NCBI GenBank assembly: GCA_003971905.1
Contig: RSEE01000026.1
Span: 558,001-622,000 of the forward strand
Direction of reading: 5' to 3'
DNA length: 64,000 bases
Source of the DNA: Moniliella sp. 'wahieum'
Taxonomy: Eukaryota
The notes beneath the pieces are model-generated. The model searched no databases. It was not told the origin of the DNA and saw nothing but the letters and a program-made list of their open reading frames with translations. Positions 60,495 to 64,000 of this stretch are shown here, piece by piece (within the stretch, counting starts at the first letter, position 1; every line of letters starts with the position of its first letter). The position numbers and the translations under genes are program-made.

Positions 60495-62668
60495 TTACGC
60501 CGAGTACGGAGGCGGCGCGCCAGCGCCCGACGCGCTGGGACCCGGGGCGCCAGAGGGTACGCCCCATCGCCCTGGGCAGCGGCCACCGCCGCATCTTGTT
60601 GCCGCTCGCGCTCTTTCGCGTCAATTTCGGCTTGTCGACGAAGCGCCTCCACGTCCTGTGGTGCGGTCGCCGAGCCATACAGCGCTCCACCCGCCGAAGC
60701 GCCCGGCGAAGCGGCCAGCGGACCGTATCCTGCGCCGGAGCCGGAGCCCGGTGGAAGCAGCACCCGTAACCCGACGCGCCGTACCCAGACGTGCCGTACC
60801 CGGAAGGAGCCGAGGTCGGGGCCGGCTGGCCGAGGGAACCGCTCGTCGGTCCCCCAGGCCCGACGACAGGCGCCCCCGTTTCCGCCACCGTCGGCGTGGG
60901 GGCAGCCCCGGCGGCCTGACCCTGCTGAGTGGGAGCAGTAGCGGGAGGGTAGCCGCCCGGAGCAGGGGACGTGACCGCCGGAGTGGGGGCCAGATTCAGA
61001 CGAGTAGCGAACTCATTGTCAACCGACTGGTGAGGTGGGGCAGAAGTAGGAGCGTTCTGCTGCGGGCCTCCATACCCTGCGCAGAAACCGGGGTCGACTG
61101 CGGCTGGTAGCCTTGCGACGGAGTGGACTGCGAAGGGTAGCCCTGAGCGGGAGTGGACTGCGGGGGGTAGCCTTGCGACGGAGTCGGCTGGGGCTGGTAA
61201 CCTTGCGAAGGGGTTGACTGGGGCTGGTAGCCTTGCGAAGGGGTCGACTGGGGCTGGTAACCTTGCGAAGGGGTCGACTGGGGCGGGTAGCCTTGCGACG
61301 GGTAGCCCTGGGCCGGGGAACCTAGGTTAGGTTGGGGGGGAGACTGCGGTGGGCCAGCCGGGGAGGTGGGGCCCGTGGAGCCCGTGCGCCCCGACCCCGA
61401 CCCCAGTTCCAGGTCCAGTTCCAGGTCCAGTTGCCGTCCCAGCTGCAACGCCAGCGCCCGCCACAGCCGAAGCGGCACTCAATTCGGCAGCATGAGTTAC
61501 GCCAAACGAGGCGGATTGGGGGTTGCTGAGCGTAGTTGTGTCGCTGGTAGCGGCAGTAGCAGAGGAAGGGGTGGATTCGATGCGGGTCGGGGGCGCGTTA
61601 AGGCAGCCCGAGGGGACGTGGGGAAGAGTGGTGGTGTCGACCTGCAGTTGATCCAGCGCTGGCTTGATGGCCGAGCGGATCTCGGCCACGCGCACCGCGC
61701 CAGACCAGGCGGGTGTCTTGGTCCGGTCCTTCGGTGTCCGGTCTGCGGGAACAGGAGCGGGTCCGAGTGCTCCCCCTCGGGTCCGATAGGAATCTGCTGC
61801 ACCACCAGTTTCTGGTACCGTCCCAGAGCCAGCTTTTCACCCAGCTCAATCAGCGCATCGGTTTGGGCCAGCCAGTTGGTGCGCAGAACGGCACGCTTGC
61901 CATATGCTGCGGCCACTCCTTGGCAGCCGCTTCGCTCTCGAGCTTCTGTAGCTCGGTCTTGATCTCGTTGAAGCGCTGCGCCTGAGGCGAGGTGGGGCGG
62001 GAGGAGGCTTCGGGCCCAAGCTCGTTAAGCTGGCGAGCGAGGTTGGTCCGCCGCTGGCGGGCATGCAGAATGTCATCCGACTCGAGCGTTTGCTGCAATG
62101 GCGTGCTTCTGGGTTTTGCGAGCCTCTTCGAGCGTCTTCACATGGGCCTGGTACAGGTCGCCCTGCAACGCCGAGTGAACGCCAAGCGATCCAGAACGTC
62201 TACCAGCACCTCGTCACCCACACCATCGAAGCGAGAAGCAGCATTGTGGGATTGACCGAGCTCGTACGAGGCTTTGGCCAGCGAATGACACTCGCGGAAC
62301 AGCGCCTCGTAATCAATGTCGACGCCCTTGAGCGCGCTGTTGTACACGAAGAACGGCCGGTTGAGGTTGAGACGGGGATCGAACTGGGCCAACCCCTGGC
62401 GGATGAGGTGGGGGAAGTTGGTGGAGTACGTGCCAGCGGCCAGCGAGCCGAGGTTGTTGTGCTGGGCGTTTTGCTGGTACGGACGCGGCGGGGGCGGGGG
62501 GGCGGCGCCGGGGGCAGCGCCGGGGTTGGGCTGCTGCTGTTGATGCTGCTGCTGCGGCGGCGGCGGCTGCTGCTGGCTGGGAGCGGCAAAGCCGTACTGC
62601 TGCGCCGCCTGCTGCGCCGCCTGCTGCGCCTTCTCCTTGGCGCGCTCGAACTTGTCGAAGAAGCTCAT
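60495..62668 (-). CDS. Pil1/Lsp1-like (eisosome) BAR-domain protein with low-complexity termini
   Basis: Helical core 'DEVLVDVLDRLAF', 'KRAVLRTNWLAQTDALIELGEKLAL..YQKLVVQQIP' resembles Pil1-family helices as I recall them. Q/P-rich N-terminus, repeat-rich C-terminus. Confidence 0.55.
61088..61312 (-). repeat. 30-bp coding tandem repeat, about 7 x QGYQPQSTPS
   Basis: Seen in both the DNA and the ORF 60996..61478 translation. Confidence 0.93.
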
Positions 62669-63574
62669 GAGGGGGGCTGAAACGGCGGGGGGGGGGGAGG
62701 GCAACAGCGCGGGGAGGCGGAGGCGGGACGAGGGGGCGAGGGACGGGGAGGTTAAGCCTTAAGAGCCGTCGGCCGCCCTCGCCCCGCTCGGCTGCTCTGA
62801 CCCCGTGCCCGGATCTGGGCGGGCCGACGCACGTCTCCGCAGCCGCAGCCAGGGGGAGGCAGAGGGGAGTGTGCCGCACTGCGCACGGACACAGGCACTA
62901 TGCCAGTGTGCCGCGCCAGTGTGCCTCCGGTGGCCCACCGGCACGCGTCATGTATCGATGATCCCCACGCGGTACCTTTTGGGCCTTAGATCCCCTTGAA
63001 CGTACCTTGAACGTTGAACGAAGCAACCGCAGGGGATCTGCGCTGGGCTTCCACGCAGGCCCTGGGCGTTCGTACAGACGCAGTCCAAGCAACCCGACCA
63101 CATTGTGCTGGATTCAGACCCACCGCTCCCTCTGTCGCTCCCTGCCGCTCCGTGGAGACGCTGGCCCAACGCCCTCCGCGGCAGGCGGCGCATCCTCTGT
63201 TGACGCATCCCGACGCCTGTGTTTTCGCCAGGTAGCAGGGTGAGCTCGACATGTACTTGTCTCCACGAACCCCCTGTTCGTATTCGTCTGCGCCCTGCTC
63301 CTTGCCTCACCCAATCGGTCCTCTGCACCCTCTCCCCCCGTCGAAAAAAGCAGTGCAGGCAATGCGTATACAACGACCGCAACCCTCCTTTTTGCCTTTG
63401 GGCTGATCCATGATCTGCATGATCAATCCGTCCACCGTCCCTATCGATGGTAACATGTAAGAAGTGTCATTCAACTTTAACTGCCCTCTCAGTGGCCTGC
63501 TCCTGCTCAATTCATTCCCTGGCGCTGTTGGTTTTCCGTCTCTATCTTCCCCCTTTCGCCTTCGTTTTACGGCT

Positions 63575-63808
63575 CGCATACCTACGGGCAGGGTCCCGCT
63601 ATCATAAGCCCATATCACCAAAAGGATCACTCTCTTTTCCAGAGCGCCAGGATCGCATACCTACGGGCAGGGTCCCGCTATCATAAGCCCATATCACCAA
63701 AAGGATCACTCTTTTCCAGAGCGCCAGGATCGCATACCTACGGGCAGGGTCCCGCTATCATAAGCCCATATCACCAAAAGGATCACTCTCTTTTCCGAGC
63801 GCCAGGAT
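63575..63808. repeat. Near-identical tandem repeat, 3 units of 79, 77 and 78 bp
   Basis: Unit CGCATACCTACGGGCAGGGTCCCGCTATCATAAGCCCATATCACCAAAAGGATCACTCTCTTTTCCAGAGCGCCAGGAT starts at 63575, 63654 and 63731; copies differ only by small indels. Confidence 0.97.
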
Positions 63809-64000
63809 GACATCCAAGTTAAGGGAAGTGAAAGTCGTATTCATGTGGTTGGAAAGCATGCGTGTATCAACGAATTCATGGTGGGTTTCAGCGGGCAAGC
63901 TGTGGCCATGGAAAAGAAAAGCGATCCATAATAGAATTCCAGGATGGGAGTTTGAAGCCATTCCTTTTCCCGTGCCCCCCTTGATGGTGTATATGTAGCT

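Noticed and set aside
4484..62668. Widespread frameshifts suggesting pseudogenes or programmed frameshifting
   Set aside because: They occur in essential conserved genes (LCB2, CDC27, IPP1, PDA1), mostly as 1-2 nt losses with the amino-acid sequence otherwise conserved. Uncorrected long-read error is the simpler explanation.
63575..63808. Triple repeat as a CRISPR array or LTR
   Set aside because: Head-to-tail copies with no spacers and no TG...CA termini or internal coding domains.

Overview
GC-rich, intron-poor fungal genomic DNA; basidiomycete-like, and Ustilaginomycotina is my best guess (inference only). Introns have GTRHGT donors, CTRAC branch points and YAG acceptors. Most conserved genes carry several 1-2 nt indels, which points to an unpolished long-read assembly rather than pseudogenes, so gene ends are approximate. 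Recognisable genes in order: DUF2985 protein, serine palmitoyltransferase LCB2, Kic1/Nak1-type STE20 kinase, Per1/PGAP3-like protein, CDC27/APC3, intron-containing tRNA-Ser(AGA), DHHC palmitoyltransferase, plant-type 'pathogen-related' protein, IPP1, an SDR, BCD1, CaMK (CMK1), PDA1, HUB1, an Hsp70 ATPase-domain-only gene, Rom2-type RhoGEF, RPL10, a protein tyrosine phosphatase and a Pil1-like BAR protein. The most unusual signal is non-coding. Intergenic and promoter DNA is repeatedly built on a 7-bp register, TNA-[4-bp palindrome]-TNA. Fourteen of the 16 possible palindromic cores occur, and different cores are chained in phase. The pattern is densest in a gene-poor block at about 24.7-31 kb. 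Also notable: a putative non-coding transcript saturated with splice signals (31.1-32.0 kb), a 66-aa activation-segment stretch (~60-aa insertion) in the Kic1 kinase, and a Per1-like protein that appears to have lost its catalytic residues.
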